Source: a virus
IMG/VR virus record: IMGVR_UViG_3300037479_000183
Reading direction: 5' to 3' (one strand)
Length of the DNA stretch: 64,000 nucleotides
Both the position numbers and the translations under genes were made by a program. Positions 1-10,232 of the stretch are shown piece after piece (the first letter of the stretch is position 1; each line of letters begins with the position of its first letter). The notes below the pieces were generated by a model. That model saw only the letters and a list, made by a program, of their open reading frames with translations. It was not told where the DNA came from and made no database searches.

Positions 1-10
1 AGGTGTGCAT

Positions 11-415
11 ATGAATGGGAAGAATCGCCACTTGACAAGAAGTTGGACAAGGCTGGGCCATAGGCATCGATATTGCTGGCTGGCCTATATTATTTTGGCG
101 GGCCTCTTGGCGGCCAGCCTGCTGGGAGTTTGGCAGGCCAAGCCTGACACCGCGCCCGCAGAGAACTCCATTACGCTAAAGTATAAGGAGGTTTGGTGGA
201 TTAGCACCCTGCGCCACAACGAAACGCTTTACTTTATTGATGGTTATGAGGAATCTTCGGGGCGGCAGGGTAGCACCACAGCACCCCTTTCCCAAACAAC
301 ATGGACGCGCAGCCCATTCACGCGGTTGGAAATCATCCACGTTGCGTTCGCAACCGCCAGCGGGTTATCGATAACCGAAACCTACTACGACCTCTACACG
401 CCCGACTTACCGTGA
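11..415 (+). CDS. Hypothetical membrane-anchored protein, convergent with the tail operon
   Basis: AGGTG RBS at 1-5 before ATG 11; hydrophobic segment WLAYIILAGLLAASLLGVW; 3' end overlaps the stop of the minus-strand tail gene at 407-415. Confidence 0.55.
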   Translation: MNGKNRHLTRSWTRLGHRHRYCWLAYIILAGLLAASLLGVWQAKPDTAPAENSITLKYKEVWWISTLRHNETLYFIDGYEESSGRQGSTTAPLSQTTWTRSPFTRLEIIHVAFATASGLSITETYYDLYTPDLP

Positions 416-3400
416 ATCGGCCCGGACTTGCGTAATTAGGCGCTTTATGGGAGTCTTTTCGATACCCACCACTGTGTCAACATATAGTTTGTGGACATCC
501 CACGTTGAACCGCTTCCACTCCCCTTTGAAGAAGTCCAGAGTCCATAATCGCGGACTTCGAAACTGAATTGAGAGCCATAGCTAGTAACGCGTTGGGCAG
601 AATCAAGATGTCGATGTTTCATAATCATTGTTGTTTGATTTGAAAAACTATTTGAGTCAAAGACTTGAGTGAAGTCTTCCCCAATGTCATCCGCCACCGC
701 ACTTTCTGGTAGATAGAGGTCAATAAGTTGACTGAATGGTTTATATTTATAGACAACAGAGAATCTTGTAATCCTTCCGTGGTGCACTCTAAGCGATGCC
801 CATGCTCCTGCATCAATAACTCCCATTGCGACAACATCTCCCCAGTTTCCTTCGCGGGGTTTTGGCAATCCTATGATATTAACTGGCAGTTCAAGGATAT
901 CTCCACCCTTTAGAGTGCCGTTTTGGAACACAGCGCCGTCGTCATTTGCAGTAAGACTGACCACAACTGGCACATTTACATTTACGGTTTTAGTCTCACT
1001 CAAAGTTGCTGGATTGCCAATACGGTCTTCCACTCGGGATGAGACATATTCAATTTTGGTAATCTCTGTTGGGATAGCTCTAAATGGAATTGGATATTTC
1101 CCTTTTAGAATATTCCAAATAGTATCTTTAGAAACCTCCGCAAACGGGTCGGCAATACTTGCGGTTAAGCTATACGTTTCTTCAATTTCGGGAATATCGA
1201 AGAAACTAAACGTCGCAAGGTCTGGTTTTTCGTGATGAATGGAAACATCAACATATGAAATTGTGAATTGGCTGGTAATAATAGACACCGTGGAATCGGT
1301 GGGACGCGTAGAGAGAACGACTACCATTAATTGCGTTGCGTCCAATTCGCTTGGCGAACCGCTTACAGTATGGACAACCTCTCTTACTGTGCTGAACGAA
1401 CCAGTCCACTCTGCCCAACCATTCGACAAAACATTTCGCTTTGCCAAACTTCCGATTGGGATAAAATGCCCAGCCGTCACGCTGGCTGTATCAAGTGTCC
1501 AAACGGTAATTATTTCGCTACCAGTTGGAGAACCAGCGCCACTAACTGAATAAGACGTTGTTGCTTTTGCAACACAAGTAATATTAAATCCTTTCATTAT
1601 GCTTGTGGTGCTGTTGGTTAGGCCGGCACGATATAAGCGGAATTCCATGGCAAGATGGCCACCACTCAGAACTGATATAGTATTTGAAGTGCTTTCTGTG
1701 CCGGGGTCGTAAACATCATCAATGGATATTTTTTCTCTTAGAGATGGAGACAGTGTTATCCAAAGAGAAGCAGAAGAGGTTTCGCCATGCCAGCCGGGCA
1801 TATCACTGTTGCTATTTGTCGCCACTTTGTTCATGCCAGAATGAACAGGTTTCCAATTCTTATAGAAATTTCTCCCCACCCGTGTAACACCCTTTAATAC
1901 CGGCATCGAGACGAACACAGGCGCGTTGGGAAGCAACATTTCGAACCCGTTGGTAAAGAGAGAGGGAGAAAGAGCGCGGCGGAAAATTGTGCTGCTTTGG
2001 CTAAGCGTCGTATCTGATGCAGAGCTTTGATACACTTGTCCAAACAACGTCAGCTGACCATTTGCGAATGGAGCGTCGATGGGATAAATTCTTGCTCCAT
2101 CTGATAAAGTTTCCTGAGCGAAGGGTGTTAGATATATAATACCCATCGAAGTGCTAGATGAGCCAGTTCCTACCAAAAGGAATGTAGCAGTGCGCGAGGA
2201 AGAGAAGGTGGATGGGTCACTCATCTCTTGCGACCAAGTTTCTATCGTAAAGTAAGTTGAAGCAATTTCTCTTTCAACTGGGTCTTCATTTTTTCGTGGC
2301 GTAACTCGCGTCTGTTCTGCCAATCTGTCAGCAACCAGGTCTGGCACAGTAAACATTCTATTCTCTAAGTCGAGTGTGATTGTGTATCGCCCATCGGCAG
2401 AAAAATTGTGTCTCTCTCGAACGACATCTCCAACTCCAACCATATCAGAAGATAGGTTTGTTCCATCAATTGTAATCTTCTTCCCAACTAAAATCTCGCC
2501 GTGAATAAGGCCGGGCAATTTTATAGAACCTTTTAGTTGTTTCTTTTTGCTATCACGATACACCGCACTAGCGCGCCACATTGCGTCGTTATAACCTTTC
2601 ACGCCCGGTGCCTGGTCAAGCTTAAAGAAGTTTGTGCTGACGGTTTTATTAATATCCTTGTCAATAATATACTCGTAGATTATTGGAACAGTGTCGTTTG
2701 AGGCAATTGTAACAACGCCGCGAATTCGGGCCGCCTCAGTTGCTTCCAACTGGAAGTCCATAATATCACGGCCTAGAGAGAAGGTTGGGGCGTAGTCGTC
2801 AAAGGCGTTGTGGAATGTTATGATAGAGCCCGTAGTTGGGGGAATGAAGAACACTGAAAGTTTGTCGGTATAAAACTTTAGGGCGTCAAAGACCGTGTGC
2901 CTGTCTAGAATGTCTAACACAGCATCCTTGCTTGCCGTTGCGCTGGCTGGGTCAACAAGACTGAATGTGCTAATGGTGATACCAGAACCCGAGGGTGTGA
3001 TTTCCACAACGTGCTTTACTGAAGGGTCAAGGTCGGTTTTTTGTTCAAACGTATATGTTCCAGCACCAGTAATTGTAGCCGTAGCGGAGGATAGCTCCTC
3101 ACCAGTTCGCTCATTAAACAACTTAACAACAGTAACAGCAGTTCCGCCCGATGATGCCGAGAATCGAATTTCGGGGAAAGCGAGGGGAGAGACGCCGCTT
3201 TTGGATAACGTAATAAAGAAGCTTGATTGGTCTGAAATACTAGATGTTATGCTTCCCGTATTTAGATAGAAACTTGGCGAACCACGAGTAAGTCCGGCAA
3301 ACGTTAAATCGCTTGCGTATAGAATACCATTTGGATAATTGGCATTTGAATCCGCCGACCAGCTATAACTATAAGTAGAAAGGGTCGTCCCCTTCATGAT

Positions 3401-3832
3401 GTCGCCGAGGTCTTTCTCTCGCATGACACACTGATTCGGCCCGATGACGTGGTATTTCAACGGAAACATTTTGCCAGTTCCGCGCACCGCTGCCCGCTGC
3501 CGCCCCTGTGAATCTATCGACCAGTTAATATCCTGGACGAATCCCTGAATCATAGAAGTTGTAAAAAGGGGCCAAGCTGAGCCGCTTCCAGCGTCAAGCG
3601 CAATTTCAATTCTATCCATGATGTTAAGTTTTGTAGATGAGGTCGCGGCTGTATATTTAAAACTTGGGTTGATAAGGTTGATTGTAAAGGCGTGGTCGCG
3701 GTCGGTGTTATATTCTATATCTACATCCATAACATCGGATGAAATAGTCTGGCTAAAGCTGCTCCAATCTGAGATAGTTGAAACGTAAATGTTTACGTTG
3801 AATGCCTTTTTAATACTATAATCAGTTGTCAA
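407..3832 (-). CDS. Large tail-tip protein (baseplate hub/Tal-like scaffold with Ser/Thr-rich beta-rich extensions, likely receptor binding)
   Basis: 1141 aa, last gene of the tail operon. The N-terminal (FTINLINP..DRIEI..QGFVQDI) and mid (KGSIKLPG..GKKITID..RHNFSADGRYTITLDL) segments resemble gp27/Tal-type hub architecture. Confidence 0.7.
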   Translation of the reverse strand: MTTDYSIKKAFNVNIYVSTISDWSSFSQTISSDVMDVDIEYNTDRDHAFTINLINPSFKYTAATSSTKLNIMDRIEIALDAGSGSAWPLFTTSMIQGFVQDINWSIDSQGRQRAAVRGTGKMFPLKYHVIGPNQCVMREKDLGDIMKGTTLSTYSYSWSADSNANYPNGILYASDLTFAGLTRGSPSFYLNTGSITSSISDQSSFFITLSKSGVSPLAFPEIRFSASSGGTAVTVVKLFNERTGEELSSATATITGAGTYTFEQKTDLDPSVKHVVEITPSGSGITISTFSLVDPASATASKDAVLDILDRHTVFDALKFYTDKLSVFFIPPTTGSIITFHNAFDDYAPTFSLGRDIMDFQLEATEAARIRGVVTIASNDTVPIIYEYIIDKDINKTVSTNFFKLDQAPGVKGYNDAMWRASAVYRDSKKKQLKGSIKLPGLIHGEILVGKKITIDGTNLSSDMVGVGDVVRERHNFSADGRYTITLDLENRMFTVPDLVADRLAEQTRVTPRKNEDPVEREIASTYFTIETWSQEMSDPSTFSSSRTATFLLVGTGSSSTSMGIIYLTPFAQETLSDGARIYPIDAPFANGQLTLFGQVYQSSASDTTLSQSSTIFRRALSPSLFTNGFEMLLPNAPVFVSMPVLKGVTRVGRNFYKNWKPVHSGMNKVATNSNSDMPGWHGETSSASLWITLSPSLREKISIDDVYDPGTESTSNTISVLSGGHLAMEFRLYRAGLTNSTTSIMKGFNITCVAKATTSYSVSGAGSPTGSEIITVWTLDTASVTAGHFIPIGSLAKRNVLSNGWAEWTGSFSTVREVVHTVSGSPSELDATQLMVVVLSTRPTDSTVSIITSQFTISYVDVSIHHEKPDLATFSFFDIPEIEETYSLTASIADPFAEVSKDTIWNILKGKYPIPFRAIPTEITKIEYVSSRVEDRIGNPATLSETKTVNVNVPVVVSLTANDDGAVFQNGTLKGGDILELPVNIIGLPKPREGNWGDVVAMGVIDAGAWASLRVHHGRITRFSVVYKYKPFSQLIDLYLPESAVADDIGEDFTQVFDSNSFSNQTTMIMKHRHLDSAQRVTSYGSQFSFEVRDYGLWTSSKGSGSGSTWDVHKLYVDTVVGIEKTPIKRLITQVRADSR

Positions 3833-4872
3833 CTCGCCGTAGCTCCTTCAACCACCCACGCATTAATCGTCAGCGGCGCGAATCCCTTTTTGCCAATAGG
3901 CTCCCATCCAACTTCATATACCGATAATGAATATGATGTGGTTGTTTTTGTTTTGTATTCCAAATAACGCATTAAGACCAATTCTTTTTGATTAAATTGT
4001 GCGTCAATATCATCTTCTATCGCCTTCCATTCTGTAGGAAGGTCTTCCACCTTTATCCACGCCCGTATTTGTAAGCCCGGATGTTGTCTTCCGGCCCAAA
4101 AATTCTTCCAGGCCTGGCTATCTGTTGTTCCCTCCCCAAATGTTTTTACAGTATCTATATCAACATTTTGCTGAACGCGAATGTCACGGAGATAACCAAA
4201 CAGTCCAAGCTGTTCTCCCAACCCGCCTTCAATTGTATAGACAATAGATAGAGACTGCTCTAACGTGGAATAAGTATCAAAGGGAGAGATGTTATCTGAA
4301 AACCGAGTAACGTTGTCATTGGACACGGATGCCGTTGTCCACCTCACCAAGCCTTGCGTCTCGACGCTGCCGGTATACATATCCATTCTAATCATGTAGC
4401 GTCCGGTAGGGCCGCGAGGCGCGATGGAATTCCAATCGCCCCCAAAACTATAAGAAACCGTAATCCTCGGCTCCCATAAGGTGTGCCCCACGGCAAACGA
4501 GGTATCGGGACTGTTTGTTGAAACGCTTCCATCCCAAATTAAAGTGCCAGGAACTAAAGAAGTCTCGTCGCCACTAACACTATAACTTGCTGTGTTAATC
4601 GAGACTTTTAATATAAAAGTTTCAGAAGGCTGAGATTCAACTACCCACAATCGAGGAATTATTACTTGCGCCGCAAAATAATCTGGGATTAGCCAATCAG
4701 TTATCACACGGCGGGGGATAGAACCCGTCGGCGGCCAGCGGGCAGATTGAAAGATTGGCAACGGGGATTCCGCCCAACGATAGGATTTGGTAGGCTCCGT
4801 GCCAGATTGAAAAATAACGCCGGCGGGCGCGAAGCGAATCTCGCGCGGCCTGTGAACCGTAATATGCGTCAT
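3829..4872 (-). CDS. Minor tail protein, C-terminal part distal-tail (Dit)-like
   Basis: Lies between tape measure and hub, with ATGA/TTGA overlaps to its neighbours; beta-rich composition. Confidence 0.55.
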   Translation of the reverse strand: MTHITVHRPREIRFAPAGVIFQSGTEPTKSYRWAESPLPIFQSARWPPTGSIPRRVITDWLIPDYFAAQVIIPRLWVVESQPSETFILKVSINTASYSVSGDETSLVPGTLIWDGSVSTNSPDTSFAVGHTLWEPRITVSYSFGGDWNSIAPRGPTGRYMIRMDMYTGSVETQGLVRWTTASVSNDNVTRFSDNISPFDTYSTLEQSLSIVYTIEGGLGEQLGLFGYLRDIRVQQNVDIDTVKTFGEGTTDSQAWKNFWAGRQHPGLQIRAWIKVEDLPTEWKAIEDDIDAQFNQKELVLMRYLEYKTKTTTSYSLSVYEVGWEPIGKKGFAPLTINAWVVEGATAS

Positions 4873-6629
4873 GCTGGTTCCTCCACCACGCTAATAGAAA
4901 AGCGCATAGCCTTTTCTGTTCCTTCTCGATTAATTGTCGAATTAATAAATCTCACAGAGTATGTGACGTAATCACTTTGTAATGTAAGCTTTTCTTTAAC
5001 TACTGAAAGAGATGCCAGATGTTTTTGTAATTCAAATCCGTCATACTCGCCCACAACCCGCGCATCAATGTTAATAATTCTTTGAGCATTATCATTGGCG
5101 TCGTTATAGAAGAAAAATCCAGAAAATGTGCTGTGTGGAACATATTGGTTTACAACGCGAAGCGGCATGCGGATGCGAAATCTTTCGGGGTGGAACATAA
5201 CAACTTGATTGTTTTGAGGAATATTTGGTAGTAGTTTGAATGAAAGCCCCGAACCCGTTCCAATAGAAACTATTGCTGACCCCGAGACCGATAGCTCGAC
5301 GCTATATGTTTTGTTTTCTATCAATAAAGAACTATAAGACATTGTAACGGTTTGCGAACTTGTGGTTCCAAACACTGTGGGAATAAAGATTGCTCCCTCA
5401 GCTTTTACCTTTTCTCCCTCAAGTATGCGAACGTTTATTGTGGATATCGTAGAGCCTGAAATGAAACTATAGGTAAAAGCCAGACGCGATGGATAATAAG
5501 TTTCGTGGGGAGCAAAAGTAGCAGAGACAGTGCCACCACCAGAACTGATAGTCTGTAATCCAGTAAATGGGGAGTTGAAAGAATCTGTAAGCTTGGTGAA
5601 GGATGTTGGATATATAATCCATCCTCGAAGAGGAAACTCTACGTTTCCATTGTCGTGTCCATTTCCCCTTGGTCGTGCTACTTCAAACCAACCAAAGTCG
5701 GTGCTGGTTTGTAGGCCTTTTATCATTGATATTGACATCGTATAGTGGCCAAATGCTAAATCTGGCACCACCCAACTAAAACTTTGAGTGCTAGTAGTGT
5801 CGGTAGAATTGCTTAACGTTTGCGAACCAATAGTGATAAAAGATTCTGTTTCATCAGCTAACGCAGATTTATAAGAAAAAATAACGGTTGCTGTTGGCTC
5901 CATTAAGTCGGCGGAATAGAGAACGCTTTCAGTTTGGCCGGGATGAAAATCTACGGGGTCAAGAAGTATTTCATCTCCCAACGTTTTCTTTCCAATCGGC
6001 CTCAATAACCTAACATCAAATGGAAGCGGAAGGTCGTCGGGGCCGAATGCGCCCTCTAATGTATAGAGAACGTAGTCTGTTCTAAGCAAAGAAAATGCAA
6101 CGGTGTTTAACTTTCTATGTTCAAATCGAATTTGATTTGTATCATCTGAACCAAGCGAAAAGGTGCTTATAGCCGTATCATCCACATATAGACTAGCCGA
6201 ACTTCCATCGTGTGTTAGGCGATATGAGTGTGTACCAGCGCTGACAGTCAAAACGGGATTTACCCCGCTCGCATCTCTATAAACAATCACTCCGGTTCCT
6301 TGCGAAGCTGGCTGATTGGCGAAGGAAATTCCAGCCTGTTTTCCAACAGTGGTTCCATTAAGCCTCACTTCGCATCGACCTGTTATTGCTCCGCTGCCCG
6401 CATTAGGTGCGATGAATGCCCGGATTATAATTGTGCCTGCCGTAATAGTAGAAGCGGTCTCTCGTGTCCATTGCACACTCTGTGCCGCGCTAGCTTGCGA
6501 AAAACTTGTGGTCATTACACCGTCAGAGACAGTATAAAGATTTGGAGAGGTTGCGTTCTTAGACCAACTAGCCGTAGTATTCTCTTCTGGCTTCTCATTC
6601 GCAAACCATCTCACCGACCAAGTTGGCAT
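4869..6629 (-). CDS. Minor tail protein: N-terminal lectin/ConA-like beta-sandwich plus C-terminal Dit-like domain
   Basis: Directly after the tape measure gene; HSYRLTHDGSSASLYVDD is typical of ConA/LamG folds. Confidence 0.55.
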   Translation of the reverse strand: MPTWSVRWFANEKPEENTTASWSKNATSPNLYTVSDGVMTTSFSQASAAQSVQWTRETASTITAGTIIIRAFIAPNAGSGAITGRCEVRLNGTTVGKQAGISFANQPASQGTGVIVYRDASGVNPVLTVSAGTHSYRLTHDGSSASLYVDDTAISTFSLGSDDTNQIRFEHRKLNTVAFSLLRTDYVLYTLEGAFGPDDLPLPFDVRLLRPIGKKTLGDEILLDPVDFHPGQTESVLYSADLMEPTATVIFSYKSALADETESFITIGSQTLSNSTDTTSTQSFSWVVPDLAFGHYTMSISMIKGLQTSTDFGWFEVARPRGNGHDNGNVEFPLRGWIIYPTSFTKLTDSFNSPFTGLQTISSGGGTVSATFAPHETYYPSRLAFTYSFISGSTISTINVRILEGEKVKAEGAIFIPTVFGTTSSQTVTMSYSSLLIENKTYSVELSVSGSAIVSIGTGSGLSFKLLPNIPQNNQVVMFHPERFRIRMPLRVVNQYVPHSTFSGFFFYNDANDNAQRIINIDARVVGEYDGFELQKHLASLSVVKEKLTLQSDYVTYSVRFINSTINREGTEKAMRFSISVVEEPA

Positions 6630-6631
6630 CT

Positions 6632-8950
6632 TTATGGCGCTCCACTTTGGTCTGGAACCTTGCGTTTGAAATCTTCGGCATCTTGAGTATAGACATTCAT
6701 ATTGTTAATATAATAGTTCCCTCCACCAGGGCCGCCGGCCCCCCACTGCCTCGCCCGTTCGCTTTCGGCGTAGAAGAAACCAAGCAAGCCTGCTACAAGG
6801 GCTACTCCAACGGCTGCGCCTGCAATTCCAAGCTGGCGAATGGCGGCTCCCAAAGTTTCGGCAACTAATGCTGAAATAATTGCGGGAATTAGAATGGTTG
6901 TAATCTGTATAGCAAGCATGACAAGCAACTGCCCCGCATCTCTGGCGGCCATTCCCATCAAGAACATCTGCCCACCAAGCATTGTCAGGCCGCGAGCGAG
7001 ATTGATGGTAGCTACGCGGAATGATTTGCTATCTCTAGCAAGCTCGCGGAGGCCGACGCCATAAGCCCTGGCGTGGCGAATTCCATTCGCAACCTGAGCA
7101 CTCCATTCGAACAAAGCTTTATAATTGATATTGAATACCTTAGAAAGTAGAGTGAACGTTATCACAGCGTTGGCGCCAGTTGCGCCGAGCATGTTGAGGA
7201 AGTTTACAAGTAGGCGGAGGATGTTTAGTCCGGCATCCATAATGCCCCAAAGCGCACTCTGTTCACTAGTTAGCATCTTAACAAGTGTGATGATTTCGGG
7301 CAACATGGCGCGGATGCGCATAAGGAAATGAAGTATCATTTGTCCAAACTGCGTGCTAATGTCTTTTCCTAACAACTCTTCATAGAATGTTTTAAAGAAA
7401 TCTCGCGCCACATCAGTAAATCCACGGAATAAGAAAGGCGCCCTGAAGGCTTCTACAATGCCTGTTATATAAGATTTGATTGATTCTAGATTTTCCTTTA
7501 CCATCAAATCTAAGTCCTCCAATGGCCCGCGTGATTTATCTACCAATTCAATAAACTTATCGAAGTTTTGAGCCAGTTGGATAATTGCGGTTGCGGAACG
7601 AATGTTCAATCCTTCTAACATTTTTTGAAGAACTGTAATATCTCCACGATTTTCTTTAATAACTTTAGATAATTGGCGAAGAACATCAACGAAATCAAGT
7701 TGTCCATTAGCGTCTAGCTTTACTTCAACACCCAATGCCTTCATCGCCGCCGTAAAGCCAGGCAAATCGCTTGCAATGTCACTAAACGCCTGTCGCATAT
7801 AACGACCAGCAATCGATGCTTCAAGACCTGTATTAGATAACACAGCGAGGGCAGCACCAAGTTCGTTGATATCGATGTTCAATAGAGCCGCCAGGCCACC
7901 AGCGTATTTGAATCCCTGCGCCATATCTTCGAAGTTGGCAATAGACTGATTGGTGAAGTATTGTAGAATCTCAGCCACCCTCGAAGCCTCTGTAAACTTC
8001 ATGTTCATGGCTGTGATAATCTTTACCAAATCTTCGGCTGCCAAACTCATATCGCGCTGGTTGGCAATCGATAGACGCAAAGCGGCGTTGAAAACATCTT
8101 GAGATTCGGCACCTCTTACACCAGCTTTTGCAATTGTAACATAAGCTCGGGCCATTTCGTCGCTGCTAGAACGGAATCGAACTGCCAGCGCGGCAAGTTC
8201 GTTTTGATATTTTCTAGTAGTCTCAAAAGTCCAACCCAATTCTTGGTTAATGGCAGCAAAGACGTGCATGGCAGCTTCTACATTTGCCCCCACAGTTGCG
8301 AATCCAATCGCCAAAGCGATTGCCGCCCCGCCGCCGATAAGTGCAAGCGTGGCGAATCCCTTTATCAATTCGCGCACCGCCGGCAGCACGCCCTGTGTCA
8401 TCTCAATCGTAACAGCTCGCAGGCCAACCTTCTCCCACCTTGCCGCCTCAGCAGCAGCCAAGGCCTTGGCCGCAGCTAGCCTTTCTACTTCTTTGCTTGC
8501 CAGGCCTGCCGAGGCTTTTAGTTTGTCCATTTGAGCCGTTACTCGGCCCATTGCCCTTTCAGCTAGAGCCATTTGATTTCTGGCCCGAACAAGGCCGGCA
8601 TTATCCTCCAAGGCTGCTGCATATTTCGATGATGCCAACGCTTTATTATAGCGCAATTGGGCCGCTGCGTGTTGCTCTTGCAACTTAGCCATTCGTGCCG
8701 TGTATGCATCAGCACCAGGCATACCTTTCAGGGCCGCGCCATATTCATCAACAAGACCACGGGCGGCCATTGCTTTTGCATTCGCAGCTTCGGTCATTGC
8801 AAAAACGCGTGATTGGAAAGCGCCCATCGAAGATTCAACTTGACGGAACACAGGCGTGGCTGCGTCGATGGCGACGATGCTAAATGCCATCTCGCTTGGT
8901 GCGCCGAGGCCATAAAGGCCGTAGCTTGCCGCTCTACCCAGACTCGGCAT
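6632..8950 (-). CDS. Tail tape measure protein (TP901-like core)
   Basis: 772 aa, Ala-rich and helical; motifs AQGFKYAGGLAALLNIDINELGAALAVLSNTGLEASIAGRYMRQ; hydrophobic C-terminal helices; follows the chaperone genes. Confidence 0.92.
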   Translation of the reverse strand: MPSLGRAASYGLYGLGAPSEMAFSIVAIDAATPVFRQVESSMGAFQSRVFAMTEAANAKAMAARGLVDEYGAALKGMPGADAYTARMAKLQEQHAAAQLRYNKALASSKYAAALEDNAGLVRARNQMALAERAMGRVTAQMDKLKASAGLASKEVERLAAAKALAAAEAARWEKVGLRAVTIEMTQGVLPAVRELIKGFATLALIGGGAAIALAIGFATVGANVEAAMHVFAAINQELGWTFETTRKYQNELAALAVRFRSSSDEMARAYVTIAKAGVRGAESQDVFNAALRLSIANQRDMSLAAEDLVKIITAMNMKFTEASRVAEILQYFTNQSIANFEDMAQGFKYAGGLAALLNIDINELGAALAVLSNTGLEASIAGRYMRQAFSDIASDLPGFTAAMKALGVEVKLDANGQLDFVDVLRQLSKVIKENRGDITVLQKMLEGLNIRSATAIIQLAQNFDKFIELVDKSRGPLEDLDLMVKENLESIKSYITGIVEAFRAPFLFRGFTDVARDFFKTFYEELLGKDISTQFGQMILHFLMRIRAMLPEIITLVKMLTSEQSALWGIMDAGLNILRLLVNFLNMLGATGANAVITFTLLSKVFNINYKALFEWSAQVANGIRHARAYGVGLRELARDSKSFRVATINLARGLTMLGGQMFLMGMAARDAGQLLVMLAIQITTILIPAIISALVAETLGAAIRQLGIAGAAVGVALVAGLLGFFYAESERARQWGAGGPGGGNYYINNMNVYTQDAEDFKRKVPDQSGAP

Positions 8951-9209
8951 GCTTCTCCCTTAACTTCTCCAACTTTTCCCTCTCTTCATCATAGGCGTCT
9001 TTCAATTCCCAAAACTCGGGGTGTTCCTTCAAAACTTCGGGAGTTAATTCGCCGCCCTTCTTCAACACTTCTGTGCGATGAATGATAGCCAACGCTACAT
9101 TAATTTGACTGCGAGTAGAATCTTTTATATCGCGCCACGTCCAGCCCCGCTCAAATAGCGGGCCGAGCTTGGCTAGGCCGATGGGGCTGTCCCTTGCCCA
9201 GACAAAAAA
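8934..9209 (-). CDS. -1 frameshift extension of the tail chaperone (gpGT-like)
   Basis: Open -1 frame continuing from the slippery heptamer TTTTTTG (minus strand 9209-9203) to the stop at 8934, overlapping the tape measure start. Confidence 0.8.
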   Translation of the reverse strand, partial: FFVWARDSPIGLAKLGPLFERGWTWRDIKDSTRSQINVALAIIHRTEVLKKGGELTPEVLKEHPEFWELKDAYDEEREKLEKLREKHAESG

Positions 9210-9580
9210 CTTTCGGTGCGTTCTTTGTCGACCGCGCTGATTCGATTCAAAACTCGTGCGCGGAGGCCTTCGGGTAGTCGTCGCCATTTTTCCTCCGACA
9301 TCTCCCACCCATCTGTCTTTCCATTGGCCTTCATTAGACGCTTTAGAATAAGTGCGTCCATATATTGTGCAATGGCAATCGGGTCTTTCGGCTTTCCCGT
9401 TTCGTCAATTAGACGTGCCATGTCGGCAATAGACGTATCTTCGCCTGTTAATTCACAAAAGTAAAACTTAATCTTAACAGGCTTGCCGTCTTTTTCCCAA
9501 TCAACAACCAACGCTCGCGGAGTTTCTGCATCCGCGATAATTTCGTCTAGAGTCGCCCACTCCGTATCCATATTCATCAC
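9173..9580 (-). CDS. Tail assembly chaperone (lambda gpG-like)
   Basis: 135 aa acidic protein between tail tube and tape measure; ends just after a T TTT TTG slippery site. Confidence 0.8.
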   Translation of the reverse strand: MMNMDTEWATLDEIIADAETPRALVVDWEKDGKPVKIKFYFCELTGEDTSIADMARLIDETGKPKDPIAIAQYMDALILKRLMKANGKTDGWEMSEEKWRRLPEGLRARVLNRISAVDKERTESFLSGQGTAPSA

Positions 9581-9608
9581 TTCCTATCGACATCACATCT
9601 CGAAGTGT

Positions 9609-10223
9609 TTACAGTTCGGTTCCACTTGTTGAAGCGGTATTTGCAGAACTGGAAACCGCCCAGAGGTTTCCTGAGAAGACTAAAGTTTCGACAGTAATCT
9701 TGTTTGGACTTGGCGCAACTTTGTGGTCACGGAATGCAGCATTACGGAACGAATAGACTGAGTTGGTTGCCACCCAAATATGGAGGCGGAATCCGTCAGT
9801 GGCCGCTCTTTGGTCAGTAGATGGTCTCCAACTGTCAGTATCCGTCGACGCATCCTCTACGCCGTGGTCGGCCTTATCGAACAATTGCGAGAAGTATGGA
9901 TTGTCCATCTTACGTGTGATTGTAACCTCGAAGGCATCACGCACCTTGGGATATTCCATCGTTACGCGACCAATGAGGTCGAAACTCTCCCTTGTTGGTT
10001 CGTTATTGATTTCAAGCGTTTCGATGTTAAGCTGCCGAAGCGCTGAGTTATAGTCATCCGAGCGCGTATCATTTAGGGTTGGTATCCAAATAAGCGCAGA
10101 GCCCGTGGCTTCTGTGCTAGATGTGCTGGTTCTGATGGAGCCCGACTCGGTGATAACTGAAGTGCCCGTCGCTTCTGTAGTAATAGTTACGCGAACGTCT
10201 TTACCGCGATATAGAACTGCCAT
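9609..10223 (-). CDS. Tail tube protein paralog 2
   Basis: Shares N-terminal LYRGKDVxVxITTE, central ETLEINNEPTRESFDLIGR and C-terminal Y(S/T)FRN..HK..NK..W..EL motifs with the adjacent gene; sits before the chaperone. Confidence 0.7.
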   Translation of the reverse strand: MAVLYRGKDVRVTITTEATGTSVITESGSIRTSTSSTEATGSALIWIPTLNDTRSDDYNSALRQLNIETLEINNEPTRESFDLIGRVTMEYPKVRDAFEVTITRKMDNPYFSQLFDKADHGVEDASTDTDSWRPSTDQRAATDGFRLHIWVATNSVYSFRNAAFRDHKVAPSPNKITVETLVFSGNLWAVSSSANTASTSGTEL

Positions 10224-10232
10224 GTTAACCAC

